A stretch of 64,000 nt of DNA from an uncultured Clostridia bacterium (lineage in GTDB: Bacteria > Bacillota > Clostridia > TANB77 > CAG-508), in contig CAKPIG010000004.1 in the NCBI GenBank assembly GCA_934162255.1, forward strand, positions 23,050 to 87,049, written 5' to 3'. Positions 51,712 to 61,763 of this stretch are shown here, in pieces. Position 1 is the stretch's first letter. Every line of letters begins with the position of its first letter. The notes below the pieces were generated by a model, which made no database searches, was not told the origin of the DNA, and saw nothing but the letters and a program-made list of their open reading frames with translations. A program made the position numbers and the translations under genes.

Positions 51712-52713
51712 ATGTCAATATTAGTAACAGGTGGAGCTGGTTATATAGGAAGTCATACAGCAGTAGAATTATTAAAGGCTGGAAGAGAAATAGTAATTGT
51801 AGATAATTTCTCAAATAGTAAACCAGAAGTATTAGAGAAAATAAAAAAAATAACAGGAAAAGAATTTAAATTTTATGAATTAAATTATTTAGATAGAGAA
51901 GCACTAGAAAAAGTATTCCAAGAGAATAATATTGAGGCAGTATTAAACTTTGCAGGATATAAGGCAGTAGGGGAATCAGTACAAAAACCATTAGAATATT
52001 ATGAAAATAATATTTCAGGAGCAATAGTATTACTAAAAGTAATGAAAAAATATAATGTAAAAAAATTTATCTTTAGTTCATCTGCAACAGTATATGGAGA
52101 ACCAGAAAGAATACCTCTTACAGAAGAATGTAAAATAGGAGGAACAACAAATCCATATGGAACAACAAAATTATTTATAGAACAAATACTACAAGATTTA
52201 TATAAATCTGATAATACATGGGATATAGCAATATTAAGATATTTTAATCCTGTAGGAGCACATGAAAGTGGATTAATAGGAGAAGAACCTCAAGGCATAC
52301 CAAACAATTTAATGCCATATGTTGTAAGAGTCGCATCTGGTCAATTAGAACAATTATCAGTATTTGGAAATGATTATGATACACCAGATGGAACAGGAGT
52401 AAGAGACTATATACATGTTGTAGATTTAGCTAAAGGACATATAAAAGCATTAGAAAAGTTAGAAAAAGAAGAAACAGGAATTTATATATACAATTTAGGA
52501 ACAGGAATAGGATATAGTGTTTTAGATATGGTAAAGGCATTTGAAAAAGCAACAGGAAAGACTGTAAAATATAAAATAGCACTAAGAAGAGCAGGAGATA
52601 TAGCAACATGTTACTCTAATCCAGAAAAAGCAATGAAGGAATTAGAGTGGAAGGCTGAAAAAACATTAGAAGATATGTGTAAAGATTCATGGAATTATAT
52701 AAAAAATAAATAG
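51712..52713 (+). CDS. galE: UDP-glucose 4-epimerase
   Basis: GGAGYIGSH, the YxxxK in the SDR fold (YGTTKLFIE) and a C-terminal GalE domain. 333 aa. Confidence 0.93.
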   Translation: MSILVTGGAGYIGSHTAVELLKAGREIVIVDNFSNSKPEVLEKIKKITGKEFKFYELNYLDREALEKVFQENNIEAVLNFAGYKAVGESVQKPLEYYENNISGAIVLLKVMKKYNVKKFIFSSSATVYGEPERIPLTEECKIGGTTNPYGTTKLFIEQILQDLYKSDNTWDIAILRYFNPVGAHESGLIGEEPQGIPNNLMPYVVRVASGQLEQLSVFGNDYDTPDGTGVRDYIHVVDLAKGHIKALEKLEKEETGIYIYNLGTGIGYSVLDMVKAFEKATGKTVKYKIALRRAGDIATCYSNPEKAMKELEWKAEKTLEDMCKDSWNYIKNK

Positions 52714-52733
52714 ACTAAAAACAGGAGCAAAAT

Positions 52734-54218
52734 ATGAAGAAAAGAAAAAGTGTAGTATGTATACTAATCATATTATTTCTTTTAATAGCATTTGGAATTG
52801 AATGGGCATATGACACTTTTGGACATTTATCAATAGATGAAGTAATATTTCATTTAAAAGTACCAATGAAAGGAACTAATACAGATTTAATATGGACATT
52901 TGCTAAACAATGTTTATGGAAAGTTATTGCTCCAACAATAATAATATCATTTGTTCTAATATACCCAATGGTAAAAGATTTAAAAATAATAGAAGATAAA
53001 ATACATACTTCTGAAAAAAGAAGAACAATCGTAATAAATTTAAGTATTGCAATATTAATACTTATAGCTAATGTTACAAAAGTAATAAGAACAAGCGATA
53101 TAAGTGAATATATTTCAAATCAAATGAATAATTCAACATTTATTGAAAAAGAATATGTGGAACCATCAAAAGTAGATATATCATTTGATAGGCAAAAAAG
53201 AAATTTAATATATATTTATTTAGAATCTATGGAATCAACATATTATTCTAAAGAAGATGGAGGATTAGCTGATCAAGATTTAATACCAGAAATAAGTAAA
53301 TTAGCTAAGCAAAATACTAATTTTACAAATACAGAAAATATTGGTGGGGCATATACATTATATGGAACAACTTGGACTGTTGGAGCAATGACAGCTCAAA
53401 CATCAGGTATTCCTTTAAAAATAGGCGTAGATGGAAATTCATTAAGTGAATATAGTAGTTTTTTAAAAGGAGCATATTCTTTAGGTGATGTATTAGAAAA
53501 AAATGATTATCATAATTATTTATTATTAGGATCTGATGCAACATTTGGAGGAAGAAGCAATCTCTTTAAACAACACGGAAATTATGAAATATATGATTTT
53601 GAAACAGCAGTTAGCGAAAATAAAGTATCGGAAAAAATATGGTGGGGATATACTGATGCTACATTATTTAAATATGCAAAAGAAAAAATAGGTGAATTGG
53701 CAAAAGAGGATAGACCTTTTAATTTTACAATGTTAACAGCAGATACACATTTTCCAGATGGATATGTATGCGATAATTGTATTGAACAATGGGATAAACA
53801 ATATAAAAATGTTATATCTTGTTCTAGTAGAAGAGTAGGAGAATTAGTACAATGGATACAAAAACAAGACTTTTATGATAATACAACAATAGTAATTGTA
53901 GGAGATCATTTAACAATGCAGACAGACTTTTTTCCAATAGAAGAAGGACAAGATTATGAAAAAAAAGTTGTAAGTTTAATAATAAATCCAGCAGAAGAAG
54001 CAAAAAACACAAAAAACAGAATATATTCAACAATGGATTTATATCCAACTACACTTACTGCAATAGGTGCAAAAATTGAAGGAAATAGATTAGCGTTAGG
54101 AACAAATCTATTTTCAGATGAACAAACTTTACTTGAAAAGTATGGAGTAGAATATATTAATGATGAATTAAAGAAAACTTCGAAATTTTATGATAGACAC
54201 ATATTACAAAAAAGATAA
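52734..54218 (+). CDS. LTA-synthase/sulfatase-family (alkaline-phosphatase superfamily) membrane protein
   Basis: N-terminal TM helices followed by an extracytoplasmic sulfatase-like domain (ESMEST, DTHFPDGY, GDHL). Confidence 0.75.
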   Translation: MKKRKSVVCILIILFLLIAFGIEWAYDTFGHLSIDEVIFHLKVPMKGTNTDLIWTFAKQCLWKVIAPTIIISFVLIYPMVKDLKIIEDKIHTSEKRRTIVINLSIAILILIANVTKVIRTSDISEYISNQMNNSTFIEKEYVEPSKVDISFDRQKRNLIYIYLESMESTYYSKEDGGLADQDLIPEISKLAKQNTNFTNTENIGGAYTLYGTTWTVGAMTAQTSGIPLKIGVDGNSLSEYSSFLKGAYSLGDVLEKNDYHNYLLLGSDATFGGRSNLFKQHGNYEIYDFETAVSENKVSEKIWWGYTDATLFKYAKEKIGELAKEDRPFNFTMLTADTHFPDGYVCDNCIEQWDKQYKNVISCSSRRVGELVQWIQKQDFYDNTTIVIVGDHLTMQTDFFPIEEGQDYEKKVVSLIINPAEEAKNTKNRIYSTMDLYPTTLTAIGAKIEGNRLALGTNLFSDEQTLLEKYGVEYINDELKKTSKFYDRHILQKR

Positions 54219-54228
54219 GGAGGAGCAG

Positions 54229-55170
54229 ATGGAAAAAATTTCAGTAATAGTATCTTGTTATAATGAAGAAAAAGCATTACCATTATTTTATGAAGAAATG
54301 GAAAGAGTGAGAAAACAAGATTTTAAAGGAATTGTTGACTTTGAATATATTTTTGTCAATGATGGTTCAAAAGACAGAACACTAGAAGTAATTAAAGAAT
54401 TAAGAAAAAAAGATAATAAAATAAGATATATATCATTTTCTAGAAACTTTGGAAAAGAAAGTGCAATGTTTGCAGGATTGGAAGCTTCAATAGGAGAATA
54501 TGTAACATTTATGGATGCAGACTTGCAAGACCCACCAGCAATGCTAAAAAAGATGTTTGAAGCAATAAAAAATGAAGGATATGACCAAGTTGGAACAAGA
54601 AGAGTTACAAGAAAAGGTGAACCTCCAATAAGAAGTTTTTTTGCAAGACTATTTTATAAAATAATAAATAAAATGTCAGATGTAAAGATGGTTGATGGTG
54701 CAAGAGATTATAGATTAATGACGAGAAAAGTAGCTGATAGTATAATTGAATTGAAAGAATATAATAGATATTCAAAAGGACTATTTAGTTTTGTGGGATT
54801 TAAAACAAAATGGCTTGAATATGAAAATGTAAAAAGAGTAGCAGGAGAAACAAAATGGTCATTCTGGAAACTATTTAAATATGCTATAGAAGGAATAACA
54901 GCATTTTCAACAACACCATTAATATTTGCATCTGTACTAGGTTTAATATTTTGTGTTGTAGCATTTATTGCAATCATATTTATAATTGTAAAAACATTGA
55001 CTTTTGGTGATCCAACATCAGGCTGGCCATCACTTGCATGCATAATAGTTTTTGTAAGTGGAATTCAGCTATTTTCAATGGGGGTAATTGGTCAATATCT
55101 ATCAAAAATGTATTTGGAAGTAAAACATAGGCCAATATATATAGTAGAAGAAACGGAAAAAGATAATTAA
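54229..55170 (+). CDS. polyprenol-phosphate glycosyltransferase GtrB/CsbB-like (GT2 with two C-terminal TM helices)
   Basis: The start is at 54229 after AAGGAGGAG. ISVIVSCYNEEKALP, VNDGSKDRT and FMDADLQD are present. The C-terminal TM pair is typical of GtrB. Confidence 0.85.
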   Translation: MEKISVIVSCYNEEKALPLFYEEMERVRKQDFKGIVDFEYIFVNDGSKDRTLEVIKELRKKDNKIRYISFSRNFGKESAMFAGLEASIGEYVTFMDADLQDPPAMLKKMFEAIKNEGYDQVGTRRVTRKGEPPIRSFFARLFYKIINKMSDVKMVDGARDYRLMTRKVADSIIELKEYNRYSKGLFSFVGFKTKWLEYENVKRVAGETKWSFWKLFKYAIEGITAFSTTPLIFASVLGLIFCVVAFIAIIFIIVKTLTFGDPTSGWPSLACIIVFVSGIQLFSMGVIGQYLSKMYLEVKHRPIYIVEETEKDN

Positions 55171-55245
55171 AAAATTACCAAAGAGAGGAATAAAAATGTA
55201 AATAAGGAGAAAAATATTTAATAAAATGAAAGGAATGAAACAAAA

Positions 55246-56244
55246 ATGTTTAAATTAGGTTTAGGTCAAGATATAGGAATAGACTTAGGAACAGCAACAG
55301 TAATAGCCTATGTAAAAGGTAAAGGTGTAGTATTAAGAGAACCATCTGTTGTTGCTGTAGATAGTAATACAAAAGAAGTACTTGCAGTTGGCCAAGAAGC
55401 TAGAAGAATGCTTGGAAGAACACCAGGAAATATAGTAGCAACAAGACCATTAAGAGAAGGTGTAATTTCAGATTATACAGTAACAGAAAAAATGTTAAAA
55501 TATTTTATCAATAAAGTAAATGGAAAGACACTGTTTTCACCAAGAACTATGATATGTATTCCCTCAAGAGTAACAGAAGTTGAAAAAAAAGCAGTTGTAG
55601 ATGCCGCAACACAAGCTGGAGCTAGAAAAGTATTTTTGATTGAAGAACCAATTGCTGCTGCAATTGGTGCAGGATTAGATATAGCAAAACCTAGTGGAAA
55701 CATGGTTGTTGATATTGGAGGAGGAACAACAGACATTGCAGTAATTTCATTAGGGGGTTCTGTAGAAAGTACATCACTTAAAGTTGCAGGAGATAAATTT
55801 GATGAATATATAGTAAAATATATAAAGAAAAAACATAATGTAATGATAGGTGAAAGAACTGCAGAAGATTTGAAAATAAATATTGGATGTGTATATCCAA
55901 AAATTCAAGACACAGAGATGGAGATAAGAGGAAGAGATTTGGCTACAGGCTTGCCAAAAACAATAACAGTGTATTCAAGTGAAATGTTAGAAGCACTTAT
56001 AGAACCTGCAATGATGATTGTAGAAGCAGTACATTCTGTACTTGAAAAAACTCCGCCAGAACTTGCGGCAGACATAAGTGATAAAGGAATTTATATGACA
56101 GGAGGAGGATGTCTAGTTGATGGACTAGATAGACTATTACAAGAAAAAACAGGAATAAATGTAATGATAGCAAATGATGCTGTATCATGTGTTGCATTAG
56201 GAACAGGAAAGGCCTTAGATAACTTAGATGCATTAGATAAATAA
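55246..56244 (+). CDS. mreB: rod-shape determining actin homologue MreB/Mbl
   Basis: Begins MFKLGLGQDIGIDLGTATV. Actin-fold phosphate motifs. 332 aa. Confidence 0.95.
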   Translation: MFKLGLGQDIGIDLGTATVIAYVKGKGVVLREPSVVAVDSNTKEVLAVGQEARRMLGRTPGNIVATRPLREGVISDYTVTEKMLKYFINKVNGKTLFSPRTMICIPSRVTEVEKKAVVDAATQAGARKVFLIEEPIAAAIGAGLDIAKPSGNMVVDIGGGTTDIAVISLGGSVESTSLKVAGDKFDEYIVKYIKKKHNVMIGERTAEDLKINIGCVYPKIQDTEMEIRGRDLATGLPKTITVYSSEMLEALIEPAMMIVEAVHSVLEKTPPELAADISDKGIYMTGGGCLVDGLDRLLQEKTGINVMIANDAVSCVALGTGKALDNLDALDK

Positions 56245-56249
56245 AAAAG

Positions 56250-56283
56250 ACTTCAGTACGAATTTTGTACTGAAGTTTTTTTA
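56250..56283. terminator. bidirectional rho-independent terminator between mreB and the convergent vWA gene
   Basis: ACTTCAGTAC gaatttt GTACTGAAGT with A-run/T-run flanks. Confidence 0.85.
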
Positions 56284-57645
56284 CTATTTTATTTTTCTAG
56301 ATTTTATTCCAAAGAATATAGTTACACTTATTAATGATATAATTCCAGCAATAGCAATTAATGGAGAACCAGCTTTTGGAAGAGGTTCAGGAGCTACTGT
56401 AGGATCTTCGGGAGCAAGTAATCTTATTTTAGGTGTAACATCAGAAGTTTTTGTCTTTGTTGTTCCATCAAAATCTTTATAATTAATATCAATTTTTTGG
56501 TTAGTATCTAAAATCTTACTAATTATTGTTTCATCAAATTTTTCTTTTAATTTTAGCTTATATTGAACAATTGCTGTTTGACCTGGTGCAAGTTCTTCTA
56601 GATTCCAAGTAATACTATTTGTAGAAGTATCAATATTTGCAGATATTTTTGAAGTATCTATACCATCAACATAAGTCATTTCAAAATTATCAACTATATA
56701 TTGAGGAAAATAATCTACAACAATAATATCTTTTAAAGACATTGGAATAGGAACTAAGTCATTATAAATAGTATCTGTAATAGTTTCTTCTATTTTTCTA
56801 TCACTTATGTTATAAAATTTTCCGATTGTAGGTTTTTCTTCTGTACCAAATACAGCATTTATTACATCTCCATATGTATATGTATCTCCATTTGTATTAG
56901 TCTTTAAAATAGCATCTAAATTATTAATACCTGTTAACATTGTTATAACATTAACATCTTGTAAAGAACTTAAAGTTGATTTTGTAGCATTTATTACATT
57001 TGTTAAACCATCATAAGATACTAAGTCATTATAACCAATTGCAATATTAGGTAAACCATCTGTTAAAACAATTATATATTTATTTGTTGCTTCTTCAGAA
57101 AAAGATTGTTTCGCTAATTGTAAACCTGAATCTAAATCAGTGAATTGACCAGTACCTTCTATTGATGAAATTTTAGACTTTAAAGTAGATAAATCATTTG
57201 TGAAATCACAAACTTTTTGCGCATCTTCAATAGTTCCTGTATCTGTTGCACTTTTAGTTGAAAATGAAACAACACCTATTTTTAAATCAGAGCTATTTAC
57301 TTTTAATAAGTTTTCAACTAAAGAATTAGCAGAATTTAAAACTAAGTCTTTTCTTGTTGTATTCTCAGAAACTAAATCATTCATACTAGAAGAGCTATCA
57401 ATAACGAGCATTAATTCTCCAGATGGAATAATTTGTTTTGCATTATTTGATATCTTTAATTGTAATGTAACTTCATGTTCAGTTAAGTTTGTACTAATAA
57501 GTTTTTTTTCAAATGAAGAAGAATCATTTAATTCAATTGTACAAACATTATCTTCAACAACTTCCATTGTAGTTGTTACAGCAAAAACACTATTTGCCAT
57601 TAAAATAATTAACAAAAATATTGTTAAAATAATACTTTTTTTCAT
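56284..57645 (-). CDS. secreted vWA-domain surface protein with a C-terminal LPxxG cell-wall sorting signal (sortase substrate; adhesin or pilus-tip-like)
   Basis: GAGGTG RBS before ATG 57645, which is more likely than the ORF-track start at 57741. Signal peptide MKKSIILTIFLLIILMANSVFA. MIDAS-like DSSSS in LVIDSSSSMND. C-terminal LPKAG, then a hydrophobic stretch, then KSRKIK. Confidence 0.8.
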   Translation of the reverse strand: MKKSIILTIFLLIILMANSVFAVTTTMEVVEDNVCTIELNDSSSFEKKLISTNLTEHEVTLQLKISNNAKQIIPSGELMLVIDSSSSMNDLVSENTTRKDLVLNSANSLVENLLKVNSSDLKIGVVSFSTKSATDTGTIEDAQKVCDFTNDLSTLKSKISSIEGTGQFTDLDSGLQLAKQSFSEEATNKYIIVLTDGLPNIAIGYNDLVSYDGLTNVINATKSTLSSLQDVNVITMLTGINNLDAILKTNTNGDTYTYGDVINAVFGTEEKPTIGKFYNISDRKIEETITDTIYNDLVPIPMSLKDIIVVDYFPQYIVDNFEMTYVDGIDTSKISANIDTSTNSITWNLEELAPGQTAIVQYKLKLKEKFDETIISKILDTNQKIDINYKDFDGTTKTKTSDVTPKIRLLAPEDPTVAPEPLPKAGSPLIAIAGIISLISVTIFFGIKSRKIK

Positions 57646-57772
57646 AATTAAACACCTCAAATGTATTGTAATATAAATATGAAAAAAATGCAACAATTTA
57701 TACGACAAAATACTTGAAAATAATTTAAAACTATAATACAATAAATTTAATAGTACAAAAGCGGAGGTAAAT

Positions 57773-60382
57773 ATGAAAAGAGAAAATGGGATTACTTTGA
57801 TTGTATTAGTAGTAACGATCGTTGTTTTACTAATTATATCTGGAGTAGCTATAAGTGTAATAAAAGATGATGGCTTATTTAGTGAAGTAGGAAAAACAAG
57901 TGAAAATGCAACGAAAGATGAAGAAAGAAAAGTAATAAGATTAGCTTATACTGAAATGCAAATGAATAAAGGTATAAAATATAGTAATGAACTAATTATT
58001 GGAATGAATAAGGAATCTTTGGGTGTATTTTTACAAAAGTATGCAAATGATAATAGTATAAAAGTAGAAGAGGCTACAGAAAGTGATAAAGAAAACTTAG
58101 AAACAGTTATAAAAGTTAAAAATCAAGATGATTCAAACAAAAATATTAGTACTATTAAAATCACTTTTAATAGTACTAATAATAGCTACCTAGTAGAGAT
58201 AGATTTAAATGAAAATTCTGGAGGAAACTCAAGTGAAGATCCTGGAACTAATCCAGGTGGAGGCAAAGAAACTGTTCTTGAATATGAGGTAACATATAAC
58301 GAAAATGGTGGAGTGAAAAAAGTACAAACACCAACATATATAAAGAAGAGTAATGAAAAGCTTGAATTATTATTCAATATAGATGAATATATTTATAGAA
58401 ATGGATATAATTTTAAAGGATGGTCGGAAAATGCAACTGATACAGAACCTTTATATGTAAATGATGAAGAAAATAAATATTATACAAAAAATGAAAACAA
58501 AGAACTATATGCTGTATGGAAAGATGAAGAAGCACCAATTATAACTATATTAAATATAAAATCAGATAGTATAGAATTTAAAGTGACAGATGAAGGCAGT
58601 GGAGTATATAGCTATATATTAAAAGATAGTGCTACAGTACCAACTGCAAGTGATTTCCAAAAGAAAGAAACAGAAGGACAAAAAGAGGTAAAAGATTCTA
58701 TAACAGGATTGAAACAAGAAACAACATATTATATATTTGCAATGGATGTTGCAGGAAATATAAGTAAAGTAGCTTCTGCTACAACTTTAAAAGTGCCAGA
58801 TAAAACAAATATATCACTTTCAGGCTCACCATCTACATGGACCAATAAAAATGTAACAGTAACAGCAACAGTAAAACCAGAAATATTAAATAATGGTTAT
58901 ACAATACAAATGAGCTTAGATGGAACAAATTATGAAAATAAAAGTTCAATAGAACGTACTAAAAATGGATTGGTATATGCAAGATTAATAGATAAAAGTG
59001 GAAATGTTGGAAGTGATGCAACATATAATGTAAATAATATAGATAAAGATGAACCAACAGCAAGTGTGACAGCATCTGTATCATCAATAATAGCAACAAG
59101 TGCAACAATAAATTCAATAACTGCGGCAGATACTGGTGGAAGTGGAATATCAAAAGTAGTTTGGTACTATAAAAACTCAAAAGATTCATCATATACATAT
59201 TTAGATCAGCAAGCAGGAAATTCATCTAATTCGGTATCAGTAAGTTCAAAGCCATTAAATTTAGAAGACTCAAAAACTTATAATATATTAGTTGAAGTAT
59301 ATGATGTTGCTGGAAATAGAGGAACAGCTACAACTACAATAACAACAAAACCTGCAATAGCAGAATATGCGTCAGTAAAATATACTAGCATAACAAATGC
59401 TATAAGTAAAGTGTCAGGAACTGGAACAGTAACAATGCTAAAAAACACAACAGAAAACTTCTCTGTACCATCAAATAAATCAATAACTCTTAATTTAAAC
59501 GATAAAACAGTAACAGTAGGCTCAGGAACAATTAGTAATGCAGGTACTTTAACTGTAAATGGTAATGGATCTATTGTTGGAGTTTCAGTAGGAAATCATG
59601 CAGTATCAAATAGTGGAAAGCTGAATTTGCAAAATGCAAAAATAGTTTCAAATACAAGAGGAGCAATATATAATATAGGAACATTTAATATGGCAGCAAC
59701 AGGAACTGTTGAATATTATGGATCTGATACAAATTGGGCTGCAGTAGATAGTAGAGGAACATCAAATATATTGAATATAAAAGGTGGAACAATAAAAGCA
59801 ACAGGTTCAGGAAGGGCAATATTTATGGAGAATGGCTCAGGACAACACTATATTGCTAATGCAACAATTACTGGAAATGCAGGATGGGCAATTTATGCAG
59901 TAAGTGGTGCAAAAGCTACAATAGAAAAATGTAACATAAGTGGACCATATGGAATATATCAACAATACTACAGTGGAAACATCTCATTGGGAAATGCAAA
60001 CACAGGATATGCTGGAGCTGAACAATTATATGTGTATAATTGTAGTATAAGTGATAGTTCTAGAATTAGGGGACATGTTATAGAAACATTTGGAATTGGA
60101 AATGGAGGATATCAAGTAAGATTCTATGATGCTAAAGATAGTACTCCATCTGCAAAGTTTTATACATGGACAAGTAATAATGGACAAGATGATATGACAA
60201 CATATATGGGCTCAAAGTATACATTACATGATTCTGTGGCATTTTGTTGTAATGCATATAAATCACAACATAACAATGAATCTGGATTATATTATACTCA
60301 TATATATACAGAAGATCAGAATCCATCAGGAGGAGGAGCAGGAAATTACTATTTTGTAGGCGGAATATCATATACACTATAA
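57773..60382 (+). CDS. giant pilin-like protein: class III signal-peptide-like N-terminus, two Fn3/Ig-like domains and a C-terminal right-handed parallel beta-helix domain
   Basis: The N-terminus MKRENG|ITLIVLVVTIVVLLIISGV is almost identical in pattern to the ORF at 21733. Fn3-like blocks with GSG...Y and DVAGN. Repetitive G-x-Ile/Val-x-N/S-x-G beta-helix turns (NISGPYGIY, NCSISDSS). 869 aa. Confidence 0.75.
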   Translation: MKRENGITLIVLVVTIVVLLIISGVAISVIKDDGLFSEVGKTSENATKDEERKVIRLAYTEMQMNKGIKYSNELIIGMNKESLGVFLQKYANDNSIKVEEATESDKENLETVIKVKNQDDSNKNISTIKITFNSTNNSYLVEIDLNENSGGNSSEDPGTNPGGGKETVLEYEVTYNENGGVKKVQTPTYIKKSNEKLELLFNIDEYIYRNGYNFKGWSENATDTEPLYVNDEENKYYTKNENKELYAVWKDEEAPIITILNIKSDSIEFKVTDEGSGVYSYILKDSATVPTASDFQKKETEGQKEVKDSITGLKQETTYYIFAMDVAGNISKVASATTLKVPDKTNISLSGSPSTWTNKNVTVTATVKPEILNNGYTIQMSLDGTNYENKSSIERTKNGLVYARLIDKSGNVGSDATYNVNNIDKDEPTASVTASVSSIIATSATINSITAADTGGSGISKVVWYYKNSKDSSYTYLDQQAGNSSNSVSVSSKPLNLEDSKTYNILVEVYDVAGNRGTATTTITTKPAIAEYASVKYTSITNAISKVSGTGTVTMLKNTTENFSVPSNKSITLNLNDKTVTVGSGTISNAGTLTVNGNGSIVGVSVGNHAVSNSGKLNLQNAKIVSNTRGAIYNIGTFNMAATGTVEYYGSDTNWAAVDSRGTSNILNIKGGTIKATGSGRAIFMENGSGQHYIANATITGNAGWAIYAVSGAKATIEKCNISGPYGIYQQYYSGNISLGNANTGYAGAEQLYVYNCSISDSSRIRGHVIETFGIGNGGYQVRFYDAKDSTPSAKFYTWTSNNGQDDMTTYMGSKYTLHDSVAFCCNAYKSQHNNESGLYYTHIYTEDQNPSGGGAGNYYFVGGISYTL

Positions 60383-60703
60383 TTATATAAACAAAATTTG
60401 AGGTTACTTTTTAGTAGCCTTAAATTTTGCCTTTTTAAACAAAATGTAAAAAACTGTCAAAAAGTATTTACAAAAGTAAAAAAATGTGATATAACAAAGA
60501 CATTCTATCAAGCACATAGTGCTATAAAATAAAAATTAAAAATCAAATTAAATTCAAAGAAAATTTAAATCAAAAATTTTATCAAAAGTTTTAATCGATA
60601 AAATCCAAAAAAAGAAAAGAGAAAAATAAAAAAAGGATGGAGGTGAAACTGTGTCTAAAATAGTATATGTACTTGAAGAAAATAAATAAGAGAAAGGAGA
60701 AGT

Positions 60704-61720
60704 ATGACTGAAGAAGAAAAGAAAAAAGCAATGCTACCAACAAATGATTATGTATTTAAAAGAATATTTGGATACGAAGGAAAAGAAGAAATAACAAAAG
60801 ATTTTATAGAAGCAGTAACGAAGTATGAGATAGAAGAGATAGACGTAGGAAGAAGTACAATACTAGAGAAAGATTTGATAAGAGATAAAATAGGAGTACT
60901 AGATGTAAGAGCAGTAATAAATAATAATGTGCAAGTAGATATAGAGATGCAAGTAATGAATCAAGATAATGTAGAAGAGAGAATATTGTTTTATTGGAGT
61001 AAATTATATAATCAAAGCATAAGAGAAGGAGAGAGGTATAAGCAACTAAGGAAGACAATAGTAATATTAGTTACGAATTTCAAGGTAGAGAAGTTAAAAG
61101 AGATAGAGAAATATCATACAGAGTTCAAGATAAGGGAGAGAGAGTATAGTCAAGTAATATTAACAGAGGCACTAGAGATACATATAGTAGAATTACCAAA
61201 GGTAAAAGAGGAGATAGAGAGAAAGAAGGATAGAGAAAAAGAAGAAGAAAGTGAGTTATTAGTATGGGCAAAATTCTTGATAGATCCGGAAAAGATGGGG
61301 GAAGAGGAAATGAATAAGCATGAAAGAGTAAAAGAAGCAAGAGAAATAATTAAATATTTGAAAAAAGATGAGAAAGAAAGAGAATTGGCAGAGCAAAGAT
61401 TAATGTATATAATGGATCAAAATGCAATAGAGAGTTATGGATATAGACATGGAAGAGAAGCAGGGTACAAAGAGGGAAAAGAGACTGGATACAAAGAAGG
61501 AAAAGAGACTGGATACAAAGAAGGAAAAGAATCAGGATATAAGGATGGAAAAGAAAAAGGAAGAGAAGAAGGAAGAAAAGAAGGAAGAGAAGAAGGAATG
61601 CAACAAGGAGCAAAAGAAAATAGTAAAAAAATTGCAAAAACAATGAAAGAAAAAGGTCTAGGCATAAAACTTATACAAGATATAACAAAATTAACGGAAA
61701 AAGAAATTAAAGAAATATAA
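60704..61720 (+). CDS. Rpn family recombination-promoting nuclease / putative transposase (YhgA-like, PDDEXK_7)
   Basis: An N-terminal LPTNDYVFKRIFG motif and a PD-(D/E)XK-type core (GVLDVR...VDIEMQ). A C-terminal Gly/Lys/Glu-rich repeat tail. Confidence 0.8.
   Translation: MTEEEKKKAMLPTNDYVFKRIFGYEGKEEITKDFIEAVTKYEIEEIDVGRSTILEKDLIRDKIGVLDVRAVINNNVQVDIEMQVMNQDNVEERILFYWSKLYNQSIREGERYKQLRKTIVILVTNFKVEKLKEIEKYHTEFKIREREYSQVILTEALEIHIVELPKVKEEIERKKDREKEEESELLVWAKFLIDPEKMGEEEMNKHERVKEAREIIKYLKKDEKERELAEQRLMYIMDQNAIESYGYRHGREAGYKEGKETGYKEGKETGYKEGKESGYKDGKEKGREEGRKEGREEGMQQGAKENSKKIAKTMKEKGLGIKLIQDITKLTEKEIKEI
61463..61535 (+). repeat. 24-bp tandem repeat (about 3-4 copies) encoding (T/S)GYKEGKE units in the Rpn C-terminus
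   Basis: ACTGGATACAAAGAAGGAAAAGAG repeated with small variations. Confidence 0.8.
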
Positions 61721-61721
61721 A

Positions 61722-61750
61722 AAGAAGACTCCCTTAGGGGTCTTCTTTAT
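61722..61750. terminator. bidirectional terminator between the rpn gene and the convergent small Cys-rich gene
   Basis: AAGAAGACTCCC ttag GGGGTCTTCTT with T/A flanks. Confidence 0.75.
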
Positions 61751-61763
61751 ATGTCTTAGAAGA

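Noticed and set aside
61350-61665. Three overlapping ORFs (both strands) inside the rpn C-terminal repeat region
   Set aside because: They are alternative-frame translations of the 24-bp tandem repeat. The in-frame Rpn reading gives the expected Gly/Lys/Glu repeat tail.
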